64,000 nucleotides of DNA. Origin: Octopus sinensis (lineage: Eukaryota). The stretch's first letter is position 1, and the number at the start of each line of letters is the position of its first letter. Made by a program: the position numbers and the translations under genes. The stretch is from contig NC_042999.1 of assembly GCF_006345805.1 (NCBI RefSeq), positions 102,362,001 through 102,426,000 on the forward strand, written 5' to 3'. This document shows positions 1 through 12,351 of the stretch, one piece after another. The notes beneath the pieces were generated by a model. That model was given only the letters and a program-made list of their open reading frames with translations. It did no database searches and had not been told where the DNA came from.

Positions 1-671
1 CTTTTCAGTTCCACATTACTCCTCCTTTTACGCTACCATAGCGGACAGGTCAGTTTTAGCTTCACTACTATTATAATGTAAATCTTTTTGAACTCATAAT
101 ATTCTGTACGTGTATACTGAACTTTTTTAATAATTCCTTCTGGAAATTATTGAGAATGTATAATATATTTGTTGTAATCTTTTGTGCCCATTATTTCAAT
201 GAGCTTGTTAAACTTTTTTATATTCTCAACATGCTCTTGTCACCAAAGAATGTATATTTATATGGATTGTAGTACTCTGTGTCAACCAATATTCTGTGCA
301 TGTTTGAATATACAGATACAATACCAATACCAATATCAATTCTTCTGGAAACTATCTTAAGCATGTCCTTGAGAACGATTATTTATGGTAGTAATCTTTT
401 GTGCCCAATACTTTAAGGAACTTGTTGAACTTTTTTATGTCCTTAACATGTCCCTGTTACCAAAGACTGTATATATGTAATGTAGCAATTTGTAACAACC
501 AATAATTAACGCAACCAAACTTCTACATGTTACTTTTGACAATCTTTTTCCAAAGAGTGAAACCGGTAAAGTAAATAAGCATCTTTTAAATTGCATTTTC
601 AAACCTTCTTTCGTATATAATTCCACTCATGCGGTACCCCACAACTCCACTTTATTATATATATATATATC

Positions 672-1175
672 TGTCTGGCCCCCGTGCTGGTGACATGTAA
701 AAGCACCATCCATTCGTGGCTGTTTGCCAACCCTGTTTGGCCCCCGTGTCGGTGGCATGTAAAAGCACCATCCGTTCGTGTCCGTTGCCAGCCTCGCCTG
801 GCCCCGTGCCGGTGACATGTAAAAGCACCATCCGTTTCGTGGCTGTTTGCCAGCTCTGTCTGGCCCCCATGTTGGTGGCACGTAAAAGCACCATCCGTTC
901 GTGTCCATTGCCAGCCTTGCCTGGCCACCGTGCCGGTGACACGTAAAAGCACCATCCGTTCGTGGCCGTTTGCCAGCTCTGTCTGGCACCTGTGCGGGTG
1001 GCACGTAAAAAGCACCCATTACACTCACAGAGTGGTTGGCGTTAGGAAGGGCATCCAGCTGTAGAAACACTGCCAGATCTGACTGGGCCTGATGAAGCCT
1101 TCCAGCTTCACAGACCCCAGTTGAACCGTCCAACCCATGCTAGCATGGAGAACGGACGCTAAATGATGATGATGA
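672..1175 (+). repeat. Retroposon 3' end: six ~61-bp tandem units (ABABAB), then a conserved tail ending in (GAT)n
   Basis: Core gtaaaagcacc recurs at 697, 759, 819, 882, 943 and 1005 (last copy has an extra a). It is followed by gtggttggcgttaggaagggcatccagctgtagaaa...catgctagcatgg...(gat)n. The same tail occurs inverted at 11066-11228. Confidence 0.8.
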
Positions 1176-1465
1176 TATATATATATATATATATATAGTC
1201 TGATCAAATAATTGAACATTAAAAATAACAATAATAATAAAACAACAAGAGGACATGCACATAGAATGTATTAGTTTGATGCTTGTTCAAGCATAGCTCT
1301 GTGTACACCCTGCCTCATACATTGTGTTTCCAGAATCACACTTCTGTCATGATGGATGAGTTTTTTTAGCACTGCATATCACCAGTTATTCCAGTCCTTT
1401 TTTTGTCTTTGTAAGGCTCAAAGTCTTGAGATCAGCCTTCAGTACTTTGGAAGACAGACATTTGA

Positions 1466-1477
1466 TAATGATGGTGG

Positions 1478-1510
<33 letters not shown>

Positions 1511-1606
1511 CAATAATGACAATGATGGCGATGACGACAATGACGACGATGACGAGGATGATGACAACAATGATAGCGGTGAAGATGATGGTGATGATGA
1601 TGATGG
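1466..1606. repeat. (GAT/GAC)n microsatellite
   Basis: Direct reading; source of the poly-D/poly-M/poly-H ORFs. Confidence 0.95.
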
Positions 1607-2127
1607 TATAAGATCTTAATTGCACCTAATATCATCAATTATATAATTGGAGATATGTGTTTCTTTAAAGAGACAGATAAAATTGATAAGTTAGATGAGA
1701 GAAGAAATGTGTCTGTTTGTTTGTGTGTGTTTCTGTGTGTGTGTGTGTGTGTGTATGTGTGTGTGTGTGTTGTGTGTGTGTGTGTGTGTGTGTTGTTTCT
1801 ATCTCCTTTGTTTTATTTTGTAGAAGACCAGGACAATGTTGGTCGAACTGAATCAGTATATTGCTGGTATTTCATTTGAAATTTTGGCACAATCAAAGTG
1901 ACAGACGAAATAATTATGGCTCTTTCCATGCTGAGTTCAGATTTCACTGAGATCAAATACACCGTTCTTGAGTTGATAAAAATAAAGTAGTAATCAAATA
2001 ATATGATGATGATGATAATCAAATATTGGGGTCGATTACAGTGAAGCACCTTAGATGTGAAGGGAATTATGATAAAGAGCAGAACCTCTGAAGAAGGAAA
2101 TCCCAGCATAGTTGAACTCTCAGTTCG

Positions 2128-2405
2128 CCACACAACCACCACCACTGCTTCCACCACCAGCACCAGCACCAGCACCAGCACCACCACCACCACCACCACC
2201 ATGACCACCACCACGACGACCACCACTGCCGCCACCGCCACCACCACCACCACCACCACCACCATCACCACAACCACCACTGCCGCCACCACCACCACCA
2301 CCACCACCACCGCCACCGCCGCCGCTGCCACCACCACCACCACCACCACCACCACCACCGACAACAGCAACAGCATCAGCAGCAGCATTATAACCACCAT
2401 CATCA
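2128..2405. repeat. (CAC/CAG/CGC)n microsatellite
   Basis: Direct reading; source of the poly-T/poly-V/poly-G ORFs. Confidence 0.95.
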
Positions 2406-2462
2406 AACATTTCAGTAATTATTGAGTACTGCAAGCAGGTGTGTGGTAGAATGAGCTGAATT

Positions 2463-2694
2463 GGCGGTGAGCTGGCAGAAACGTTAGCACACCGGGTGAA
2501 ATGCTTAGCGGTATTTCGTCTGTCTTTATGTTCTGAGTTCAAATTCCACCGAGGTCGACTTTGCCTTTCATTCTTTCGGGGTCGATAAATTAAGTACCAG
2601 TTATGCACTGGGGGTGATGTAATCGAATTAATCTCTTTGTCTGTCCTTGTTTGTCCCCTCTATGTTTTAGCCCTTTGTGGGCAGTAAAGAAATA
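2463..2694 (+). mobile_element. SINE family A, long-tail subfamily
   Basis: Head ggcggtgagctggcagaaacgttagc; B-box-like gagttcaaattcc; body gcctttcattctttcggggtcgataaattaagtacc; tail aaagaaata. 17-bp TSD agaatgag(c/t)tgaattgg at 2448-2464 and 2695-2711. Confidence 0.9.
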
Positions 2695-2887
2695 AGAATG
2701 AGTTGAATTGGTAGAATTAGAGTGAATGAAGTTCCTTATCATTCTGTGTTCCTATTTTGCTAAGGTAAACTTTGCTTTATAATAATTAGTTATGGCCCTG
2801 TGCATTCCGAGAGGTGTTCCTTCTCAGCTGCGTGCTTGGTTTATATATAGGAAAGGGATAAAACTGACTGCACAATGTTTTTTGAGA

Positions 2888-3498
2888 TGAAGCTGTACAT
2901 GGCTATGGTATGTCCACACTTAGAGTTTGCATTACCAGTCTGGAACCCCTTTCTTGCTCAGCCTATCAGTCTCCTGGAAACTGTTCAGAAATGTGCAACC
3001 AGACAAACACCTGCTGTCAGGCAGCTTCCATACTCTGAATGTCTTGCTTCCTTGGGCATGGACACATTAAAGCTCCAATGCCTGGCAACTAACTTGGTAA
3101 ACACACACACAAGATTATCCATCAGCTTTCCAACAACAACCTTGGGTACCTTTTTAAATTCCATCCGTCTAACACTCATGGACATGCTTACAAAATCAAA
3201 TAACAACACAGCACCCTTGACTTTCAGAAACATTTTTTTCACACTCAGAATTGCTGAAGCATGGAATAAACTATCCACATTATTTGTTAGCTGTCAGGAC
3301 ATGACATCCTTCAAAACATCTGTGCTTCCTGAAATTCACCAACAGTGCACCTGATGTACCCCCTCCCCAATTTTTTTTAAAGAACTTATTCACTGTTCAC
3401 TTCTTGAGCATACACTATGCCCTTTTAGCTACTTTTTCTGATGAGTTGTAGAGCCCCTGAATACTGTACACTATACTTCATTATTATTATATTATTAT
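2888..3498 (+). mobile_element. CR1-group LINE, 5'-truncated 3' fragment (decayed ORF2 C-terminus plus (ATT)n tail)
   Basis: KLYMAMVCPHLEFALPVWNP...LLETVQKCATR...FFTLRIAEAWNKL matches the CR1/L2-type C-terminal motifs VRPHLEY..VWxP and FFxxRVxxxWNxL. The element ends in (att)n. Confidence 0.85.
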
Positions 3499-4673
3499 TT
3501 GAATGATGGTTACTCTCATGCATGTATACAATGCAAATTTCTGTGCAAAATTAGAGAAGATATTGATTCTTAGTTTAAATTGTGCAAAGATCAACTTTGC
3601 TTTTAATCAAGTACTGGAGCAAATTTAATCAACTAATCTCTCTTACCATTTGTGACCATGTTAAAAAATAAAATCAATAATTATTGACCAGTAAAATAAT
3701 CAATAGTTGTATTCCTTCACAGCCTAATTAGATTGATGAGTTTGACAATTTAATTCGAATTTTGGTAGGATGAAGTCTACAGAAAAAAAGGAAAAAAAAA
3801 AAAAAGAAACATGTGTAGGGAGGAATATCTAGAGGTATCTAGTTATAGGAACAAATAATTAGACAGAGTATGAAAGGCAACATTTGACAAGAAATTAGAT
3901 ACTATAAAGATGTTGAAAGATGATGTGCGAATACATCATTGAGGCAACAAAGGCTGGTATACAGCTTTGCTAGTTTAGTGGTGGAAGGTATGAGAAGTAA
4001 AGAGAAGAAATATCACATTAGTGAACCAGTTAATTGGTTAGTTATTGTTGTCTAATCTTAGACTTGTTCTGATTAGGTTTTCCTGCTGTGACCATCCTGA
4101 CATTTTCCTATGTAGAGGTAACCAAGGACCATATTATCCAGTGAGTTCTTTTCTAAAACAATGGGGATGGGTTTTAAGGAAGATTAAACTACTATTTCTT
4201 GTAGGTCAAATGATCATGCAGAGTCTCCTTGTTGGCAGGCTTAGAGAGGTTGTCCTTATTTGAATATGATTAACCATCTTATATTTTCATAAACTGGTAT
4301 AAATCATAGAAAGAAAGAAAGAAGGAAAGAATGAAAGAAAGATTAATGTACTTGGTAAATATAGGAGCCAGCCTTGGAGGCACACTCTTTGAGAATAATG
4401 GAAGGTATATATTTAGTTTATATGTGTATTTATTGATGAGACAGATGGAATAGAGAAGATGGTGTGTGTGTGTGTGTGTGTGTGCGTGCACGTGTGTGTG
4501 TATGTGTGTATGTGTGCGTGCAGGTAAATGGAAATAAATTTGTTGGTTTTATCTGCAAGAGTGCTATAGAAAAATCCTAGTAGCAGAAAGATTCTGAAAA
4601 GATAAGGGAGAGCGATATGACCTCTAATTTTTAGCAAGTGATTGTGTGCAAAAATATTATATCGTGTAATATT

Positions 4674-5417
4674 ATATCGCTCTTATCAGTGATTCTCTCT
4701 CCAATGCCCAGTCTCTTTTACAATCTCTTGAACAAGCCTCAAATTGTGTAGGTCTTTACCTCAATGAGGCCAAGACTGAATACATAAACAAGTGCCTGTC
4801 CAACAGTGATTGCATCATCCATACTCTCAACAATGCCCCCTTAAATATGGTTTCTGATTACAAATATCTTGGGTCATACATATCATCATCTGGAAAAGAC
4901 TTTCTAACTAGAAAGGGTATGGCCTGGTCAGCCTGTAATGACATGCATAAGATCTGGTCATCAAATCTAAGTAGAGACTTCAAACTTGAAATCGTCAAAG
5001 CCACAGTCGAACCAATTCTACTCAGAAACCTGGATGTTATCAAAGAAGCTTGAGAGGCGGTTGGATGGAACCTACACTCGCCTCCTTATGAGAGCTCAAA
5101 ATCTCTCGTGGAAGCACCATCCAACCAAAATGCAAATATATGGGAAACTACCACCTGTGTCAACTCTTGTGAAAGGTAAGAGAGTCCAGTTTGCTGGACA
5201 TTGTTGTAGAGCTGAAAAAGAGGTAATTTCTACTACTCTTCTTCTCTGGAAGCCATCTACCCGCAATACCAGAGGGCGCACACTCCTACCCTGATGTAAT
5301 CTCCAGGGATACAGGCATCCAGCAACAGGAACTCCGTAATGCCATGATGGACCGTGAAGTCTGGCGTAGCATGGTAAATTCCATTGTCTCGACCACGGTC
5401 GTACAATGATGATGATG
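4674..5417 (+). mobile_element. RTE-clade LINE, 5'-truncated and frameshifted
   Basis: IALISD...GLYLNEAKTEY...YKYLGS...SETW...RVQFAGH...MMDREVWR; (gat)n tail; 15-bp TSD atatc(g/a)tgtaatatt at 4659-4673 and 5418-5432. Confidence 0.9.
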
Positions 5418-5584
5418 ATATCATGTAATATTTTTCAGACAAAAGCATGAACCTACAGGGCCTTTGACAGAAATTTAGCAAAGGTGGGACAAGACTGTTT
5501 TCAAAATTAAGGAAGCTGTGAAGATGTTCTTTTTTTTATTTTGTTTGAAGGTGATGTCCAGCAGATATCTCTTTCAATGCAAGT

Positions 5585-5767
5585 CTTATTTTACAAATTG
5601 AACCCCTGTACATGGCTCGTATGGCTCTCACCAGCCATTTATCTACTTTTAGCTTCCACAGAAACCACAAGATCATGAGTAATGGATCTTGTTGAAGGTA
5701 TTTTCTAGGTCAACAAATACCAAATACAATACAATGGTATACTTTTGGCTAAATACTTCTCCTGAAA
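5585..5767 (-). mobile_element. RTE-clade RT fragment, highly decayed
   Basis: Reverse strand reads QEKYLAK...VFVDLENTFNK...KLKVDKWLVRAIRAMY, matching the RTE motif FVDLEKAFD...WLVRAVQAMY. Confidence 0.7.
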
Positions 5768-5796
5768 CTATCTGTACTCACACAAGTACATATTAA

Positions 5797-6016
5797 TGCA
5801 TGTGTGTGTGTATGTTGTGTATGTGTGAACGTGTTTAAATGTGTCACATATATATATATATATATATATACATATATATGTATGTGTGTGTATATATACA
5901 TATATATATACACACACATATACATATATATATACATACACAATATATAAAACATATCTTCATCTGTATCGTTTTATGCCTATCGTTATATATATATATA
6001 TAATATATATATATAT

Positions 6017-6066
<50 letters not shown>

Positions 6067-6121
6067 AAGTCAAATTGCGATAAAATAAAATTAATTATTA
6101 TCGCTGGTATTTCTAGCACAA

Positions 6122-6165
<44 letters not shown>

Positions 6166-6190
6166 ATATATATAATATATATATATGTGT

Positions 6191-6230
<40 letters not shown>

Positions 6231-6297
6231 ATATATATATATATATATCTATATATATATATGTATATATATGTATGTATATATTATATATATATAT

Positions 6298-6339
<42 letters not shown>

Positions 6340-6626
6340 TATGTATATATAATATATATATATGTATATATATATATACTATATATATGTAGTATATATA
6401 ATATAATATATATATATATATAATATATATATATATGTATATATATATATATGTATATATATATATACATGTATATATAATATATAATGTATGTATATAT
6501 ATATATATACATATGTATGTATATCTATATATATATATATATATACATATTATATATATATATATATATACATATGTGTATATATATTATATATACATAT
6601 GTATATATATATCTATATACATATGT

Positions 6627-6660
<34 letters not shown>

Positions 6661-6686
6661 ATATATATATATAATATATTGTATAT
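5797..6686. repeat. ~0.9-kb degenerate (TA)n microsatellite block
   Basis: Direct reading; one ~60-bp unique island at 6063-6125. Confidence 0.95.
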
Positions 6687-6857
6687 TTCTTAGATTCACA
6701 AAATCCTTATATACTGGAATTGTTGAAATAATAGACATAGATTCATATACATTAAATGTTATCATTCTGAACTGAAGCAGGAATCCAATCAGACTAATGG
6801 ATAAAAGACAAACATGGAATGTACTTCACTAAAAGAACAATCAAATGAGACGAACAG

Positions 6858-7100
6858 CTTTGTCAGTTGGAACTGACTAAAGAATTTGTCAAAACTCAAT
6901 AGACATAACATAAATAGATGATTAAAATACATTCTGTGAAAACAATCTCCATTGAAATAAACTCAGAGACAGATATATGAACAGCACTCTCTCTCTCTCT
7001 GTTGAACAAAGCAACAGGTAATCAAGACAATGGTTTAAGGCGCCACACTAAGTCTTAGATATAAATTAGTTGTGTTTTCAGGTATCTCTTGAAGACATCT
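6858..7100. repeat. Unclassified interspersed repeat with internal (CT)n, copy 1
   Basis: Reverse complement of 38366-38676, e.g. gttgaacaaagcaacaggtaatcaagacaat and aaactcagagacagatatatgaacagcact. Confidence 0.85.
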
Positions 7101-7281
7101 TTTTTAACTGGTAGAACAAATCTCATTGGAGAATGGTGAAATTATTTCTCATATTATATAGCTGTTTAGCTGTTTGCTTTAATACAAGAATTCTAAATGA
7201 TTATTCCACACAATGTTTGCTTTCCTTTCTTCTATTTTCTTTCTCTCTCATAATGTACACTCATGCATTCTCTCTTTTTAT

Positions 7282-7707
7282 CTCTTTTACTCTTTTACTT
7301 GTTTCAGTCATTTGACTGTGGTCATGCTGGAGCACCGCCTTTAGTCGAGCAAATCGACCCCAAGACTTATTCTTTAGAAGCCTAGTACTTATTCTATCGG
7401 TCTCTTTTGTTGAACCTTTAAATTACAGGAACGTAAACACACCACCATTGGTTGTCAAGCGATGTCGGGGGGGGGGGGGGGGAGAACAAACACAGACACA
7501 CAAACATATACACACATACATACATATATATATACATATATATATGATGGGCTTCTTTCAGTTTCCATCTACCAAATCCACTCACAAGGCTTTAGTCGGC
7601 CCGAGGCTATAGTAGAAGACACTTGCCCAAGGAGCCACACAGTGGGAATGAACGCGGGACCATGTGGTTGGTAAGCAAGCTACTTACCACACAGCCACTC
7701 CTGCACC
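7282..7707 (-). mobile_element. SINE family B (tRNA head, CORE-like ccttgggcaagt, internal microsatellite, CR1-like tail)
   Basis: Full-length reverse complement of the 14247/24712 copies; several CpG>TpG changes. Confidence 0.9.
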
Positions 7708-7816
7708 TATTATACACACATATTTATGTATGTATGTATATATCTATGTGTATATATATATATATATACACACATACATATTCATATATATATGTATGTA
7801 TCTATCTATATATATA

Positions 7817-8095
7817 GAAAATATTTCTCCCAACGTTCACTATTTTCCTCTTGTTCTGGTCTAATGAACCTTCATGTTTGTTTTTGTTCTGGTTCCTTGT
7901 ATGTCTCCACTGTCCTGTTTTTGTTCCCAACTTTGACTCCATAAATCCTAAATTTTATTTTAGAATTTATGGGAGCAACTGTCTTTCAAGACTCATATTG
8001 TCGTTTTTTCACTTGTTGTTTGTGTATTTAACTTGTTTGCTCATGTACTTCATGTTGTTTGCACAGTTAGGGACATCCTGTACCCATATATGCAT
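7817..8095. repeat. Microsatellite-embedded mini-element, deleted copy of the 37577-38030 family
   Basis: ttgtatgtctccactgtcctgtttttgtt and cttcatgttgttt...tgtaccca match the reverse complement of 37577-37925; flanked by (TA)n. Confidence 0.75.
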
Positions 8096-8210
8096 ATATA
8101 TATATATATAAATATATACACACACATATATACACATGCATATATTATATAAATATATATATATACACACACACATATATATTATTTATTATGCTATATA
8201 TATATATATA

Positions 8211-8686
8211 TTGGTAAAAACGGTAAGATAACAAAAGAAAGAAAGAGATCTCAATATGATGTAAATAGAGGAAATTTATCTATAAAATAATATGTTACAA
8301 TTAAAATAATGATAATGAAATTATTGTATACAGTGCTCAGGTGCACCACAACTTGTCAGAAAGTGCATATAAAGTACATGCAGTAATGTAGAAATGTCTG
8401 GAAAGCGAACAATGTATGAGTCAGATACATGCTTGTGTGTGTATGGAGGGGTGGAAATCAAGTGTAGTGTTGGCGAATCTCAGGAAGCATGGAAGTTTTG
8501 AAGGATGCAGTGCTCCGACAACTAACAACTGATGCCGGCAGTTTGTTCCATGCTTCAGCAACTCTCAGCGTGAAAAAATTACTCAATAGTCAAGATAAAA
8601 CTCTGAGTTTCAGATGCCGAAGTGGAAATCCACAACACCATCTCTTCGGTTATATTAAAAATTCTGTAACGTTCATATATATCATG

Positions 8687-8690
<4 letters not shown>
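8211..8690 (-). mobile_element. (TA)n-embedded mini-element with a hammerhead-like motif, interrupted by a CR1-group fragment
   Basis: Flanked by (TA)n. The minus strand of 8595-8653 reads ataa-CCGAAGA-gatg..catct-GAAAC-tcaga-GTT-ttat. Confidence 0.55.
8304..8579 (-). mobile_element. CR1-group LINE 3' fragment (same family as 2888-3498)
   Basis: Reverse strand FFTLRVAEAWNKLPASVVSCRSTASFKTSMLPEIRQHYT*, then 3' UTR and (att)n. Confidence 0.85.
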
Positions 8691-8737
<47 letters not shown>

Positions 8738-8744
8738 TGCTGAT

Positions 8745-8967
8745 CATGATACACTTCCAACCATTGCGGTAACCTTCAAATGATACTACCCCATTAGCTA
8801 GGCAGGCATGCCAACATTTCCCATTGAATGGAAAATCAATCTTTTACAGCTGGGTGGACTGAAACAATACGAAATGAATAATGCAATGCCACCTACTCTG
8901 GGAGTTGAAACCATGATCTTGTGATCATAAGTGCAGCACCCTAGCTCCTAGGGTATGTGCCTTCACA
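8745..8967 (-). mobile_element. Decayed tRNA-headed SINE (C-like head, D1-like tail)
   Basis: gccttcac terminus as in family C. ccttcaaatgatactacccc..gctaggcaggc matches the D1 tail near 46990-47030. Confidence 0.55.
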
Positions 8968-8987
8968 GTATATGTATATGTATATAA

Positions 8988-9203
8988 GGCAGCAAGCTGG
9001 CAGAGACGTTAGCATGCTGGGCAAAATGCATAGAGGTATTTCGTTTGTCTTTATGTTCTGAGTTCAAATTCTGACAAGGTCAACTTTGCCTTTCTTCCTT
9101 TTGGGGTCGATAAATTAAGTACCTGTTGTGTACTGGGGTTGATCTAATCAACTGGCCCCACCTCCTCTAAAATTTTGGGCCTTGTGTCTAGAGTAGAAAA
9201 GAA
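8988..9203 (+). mobile_element. SINE family A, short-tail subfamily
   Basis: A head and body; tail aaattttgggccttgtgtctagagtagaaaagaat; CpG-decayed. Confidence 0.85.
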
Positions 9204-9204
9204 T

Positions 9205-9237
9205 ATATGTATGTATGTACGTATGTATGTATGTATG

Positions 9238-9285
<48 letters not shown>

Positions 9286-9495
9286 GTGCTCTTCTTTCAA
9301 TTCTGACTTTCTCTGGGAGCTTTTGATACTACCTGTACTTCTGTATATATGTATGGTATGTTTGCATGTCTGCATGTATGCATGCATATGTATGTATATG
9401 TATATGCATGTATGGTTGTTTTGTGTAAAATATATAGATATGAGTATAGATTATAGATATATATATATATAGATATATATATAGATATGTATATA

Positions 9496-9541
<46 letters not shown>

Positions 9542-9567
9542 TATATATAGATGTATATATATATATG

Positions 9568-9632
<65 letters not shown>

Positions 9633-9732
9633 TCTATATATTATTGGTATATATATATATAATATATATATATATGGTATATACATTCATATGTATATAT
9701 AAATACATACACACACACATACATATATACAC
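9205..9732. repeat. (TA)n/(TATG)n microsatellite block
   Basis: Direct reading. Confidence 0.9.
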
Positions 9733-10073
9733 GTCTCATATTATTCATCTATATTTTACCCCCTACCATATATCAGTACACTCGTGTCAAAAATTAGTAT
9801 AAGATACATTAGTTACTCATTGTGAAGCATCCTACAAACATCCATTAGCAGTTCAGGTTTTTACCTGATAACAGGCTATCAAATTTATTTTATTTATAAT
9901 CTGCTCTTAAGTGTAACCTTTTACCATACACTCAACGAATATACTTCCCTCAAATATCGTGATACAAACTTTTCCTTTAATTCCTTATCATTGTCTCCAA
10001 TATTTGTTATTTTCATACAAGTATCTGTGTCCCCTTCTCACCTGCAATTTTAGTCAGTGATACAGCATTTTTG

Positions 10074-10225
10074 TATGTATGTATGTGTGTGTGTGTGTGT
10101 GTGTGCGCGCGCGCGTGTGTATTGTAAGTATGTATGATATTTTTCCATGTATATATATATATATGCCTGCACTTATGTATGTATGTATCTATGTATATAT
10201 GCATGTATTTATCTATTCATATATG

Positions 10226-10259
<34 letters not shown>

Positions 10260-10352
10260 TGTATGTATGTATGTATGCATGTATTTATTTATTCATATAT
10301 GTATATATGTATGCATGCATGCACTTATATATGTATGTATGTATGTATGTAT
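10074..10352. repeat. (TG)n/(TATG)n microsatellite block
   Basis: Direct reading. Confidence 0.9.
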
Positions 10353-10589
10353 ATTTTATTTGAGACTATTTAAGTTATTCTTAATAGATGTTGAGGCTGG
10401 TTGCTAACAAAAAATGACAAAAGTTTTTGAGTTAAGTGAGTTCCCTGTGTTTGTAAATATGTTGGTTGAGCTAGTAATGATGCACACACACACAGACACA
10501 CACACAGGTGTATGCATGGCCATTTATGTTCTGTATAAAAATGGCTCTTTAATGCATCAGCATTTGTGCATGTTTGTGTGTGAGTGTAA

Positions 10590-10623
<34 letters not shown>

Positions 10624-11065
10624 GTGCATCATTACTTTTTACACATGTGTCATTATAAGTGCACATAGCAAACTGTGTATATATTTATTTAAGGAATCTC
10701 AGATGGAGAATGTCTTACAAATTTTTCACTTCGCTGATAGTAGACAGGATTTGGAAGATGCATGTCTATTTCTTTTGCTCTTTCTTAGAAAAAAACTTAT
10801 TTTTAGGTTTTTGTGCAAATCCAAAGTTACATTGCCAAATGCACCAATGATGATATGGAGAAATGAAAAGTTATAGTCAAGCTACAAGGGTAGTAAGTTT
10901 AATATTAGTTTACCATAAATGTTCTCTTTTCCCTGGTATTTTGATGGTATGTTCACACCCATTGGGCAGCTGACCTCTACAATAATGCATGACTTTTATT
11001 CTCTGTCCCAGAGAATAATATCAGCCCTGCTGTGTTTTTGCACCAGGTTGCTGTTTTTATCAGAA

Positions 11066-11228
11066 TATCATCATCATCATTTAACGTCTGCTTTCCATGC
11101 TAGCATGAGTTGGACGATTTGACTGAGGACTGGTGAACTAGGTGGCTGCGGCAGGCTCCAATCTGATCTGGCAGAGTTTCTACAGCTGGATGCCCTTCCT
11201 AATGCCAACCACTCCGAGAGTGCTTTTA
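11066..11228 (-). repeat. Tail of the 672-1175 retroposon family
   Basis: (cat)n-ttaacgtc..ccatgctagcatg...ctacagctggatgcccttcctaatgccaaccactc. Confidence 0.85.
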
Positions 11229-11271
11229 AAGTTATAATTACATTCCAGTTCTTTTATGTCTTTTATGTATC

Positions 11272-11410
11272 CATCAGGGCAATCCTTCCCGTGGATAGCA
11301 TTGTGAATAGTTTTTGCAAGTATATCATGTCTTTAGGGTAGTTAATATCTTGTAGACATTTTAGGGAAACTGCTGATAATGTGGTACAACATAACCAACA
11401 TTTTCTAATA
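11272..11410 (-). mobile_element. R4/Dong-like LINE remnant (zinc knuckle/RHD region)
   Basis: Reverse strand, with frameshifts: KCWLC...HIISSFPKMSTRY...RHDILAKTIHNAI. Confidence 0.55.
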
Positions 11411-11699
11411 CAGCATGGAAGTTTAGCGTCATCTTTATCGCTCTGTTTTGTTTTTCTCCAAGCTTCTGTTTAAGTAGGTCTGTCCAGCCTCTTCTGGGTT
11501 GCATGACATGATTGTACTTTCAGAGTACCTTCCCATACATTGGAGATGTTGTCGCTATCACTTTTGAGTACATGTGTAACGTACTCTTTTCTTTCTCTAC
11601 TGTTCAGCAGGTGCTACCTGTGTAATACAATGCAACATTCAAAAAATCTATTTGGCCTGACCTTATGTCTCTGCCACTATCTCTTTGATCCTATCAGCT

Positions 11700-12020
11700 G
11701 GAACCCTCGTCGTAATACAAGACTAGATACTGCAACAGCTTGGGTTTCAATGGTCCGCAGCTCTTCAATATCTTCTTTAAAATCCCAAGGATCTGCATGG
11801 GGTGGATGTAGGTGTCTCCAAGACAAAAGTGGATCTCTCGTCAAGAGTTCCGGATGAATCTAACTCACGGCAGGAAACGCAAATGAAGTCAGCTACATCA
11901 AACTCCCTTATTCACCAAATGTTACATATCAGAGGAGGTCTCAAGCTTTGAAAGTGTGGCAACACTAATGGTGGTGCTCCAGCATGGCTGCAGCTCTCGA
12001 GTTGGAACTATTAAAAGAAT
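11700..12020 (+). mobile_element. CR1-group LINE 3' fragment (family of 56521-58433)
   Basis: TRYCNSLGFNGPQLFNI...DLHGVDV...SRVPDE..SRQE..SNSLIHQM aligns to the C-terminus of the 56614-57309 ORF; tail ggtggtgctccagcatggctgcagctc. Confidence 0.85.
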
Positions 12021-12287
12021 CTCCTCTTCATTCCGCGATCACATGCACGAAAAATTGGGGTGAAGAGTTTGTCGTGTGAACGATATTATGCAGGATAGAC
12101 GTTAGAAGAGACCAATCTAAGGGAGAAAACTCTGATGGGCTTAAAGGGGTGTGATCTTGCACAGAAGTTAGTATCCGAGAAAATGATTATTTTTCATAGA
12201 AGGTGTCATAAAATTTTATGTATATAGGAGAGCGAGCGAGGCAGGGAGGGATATATAATATATATGAAGAGATAGATGGATAGATAG

Positions 12288-12331
<44 letters not shown>

Positions 12332-12351
12332 TGTGTGTGTGTATGTATTTA

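Noticed and set aside
672-1020. CRISPR-like array (constant core with ~61-bp period)
   Set aside because: The intervening sequences are themselves repeated (ABABAB), there are no cas genes, and the context is eukaryotic.
1356-2608. Poly-D/H/T/V/G ORFs, and the YI/CV/HT-repeat ORFs throughout the window
   Set aside because: They are translations of microsatellites, open in several frames at once.
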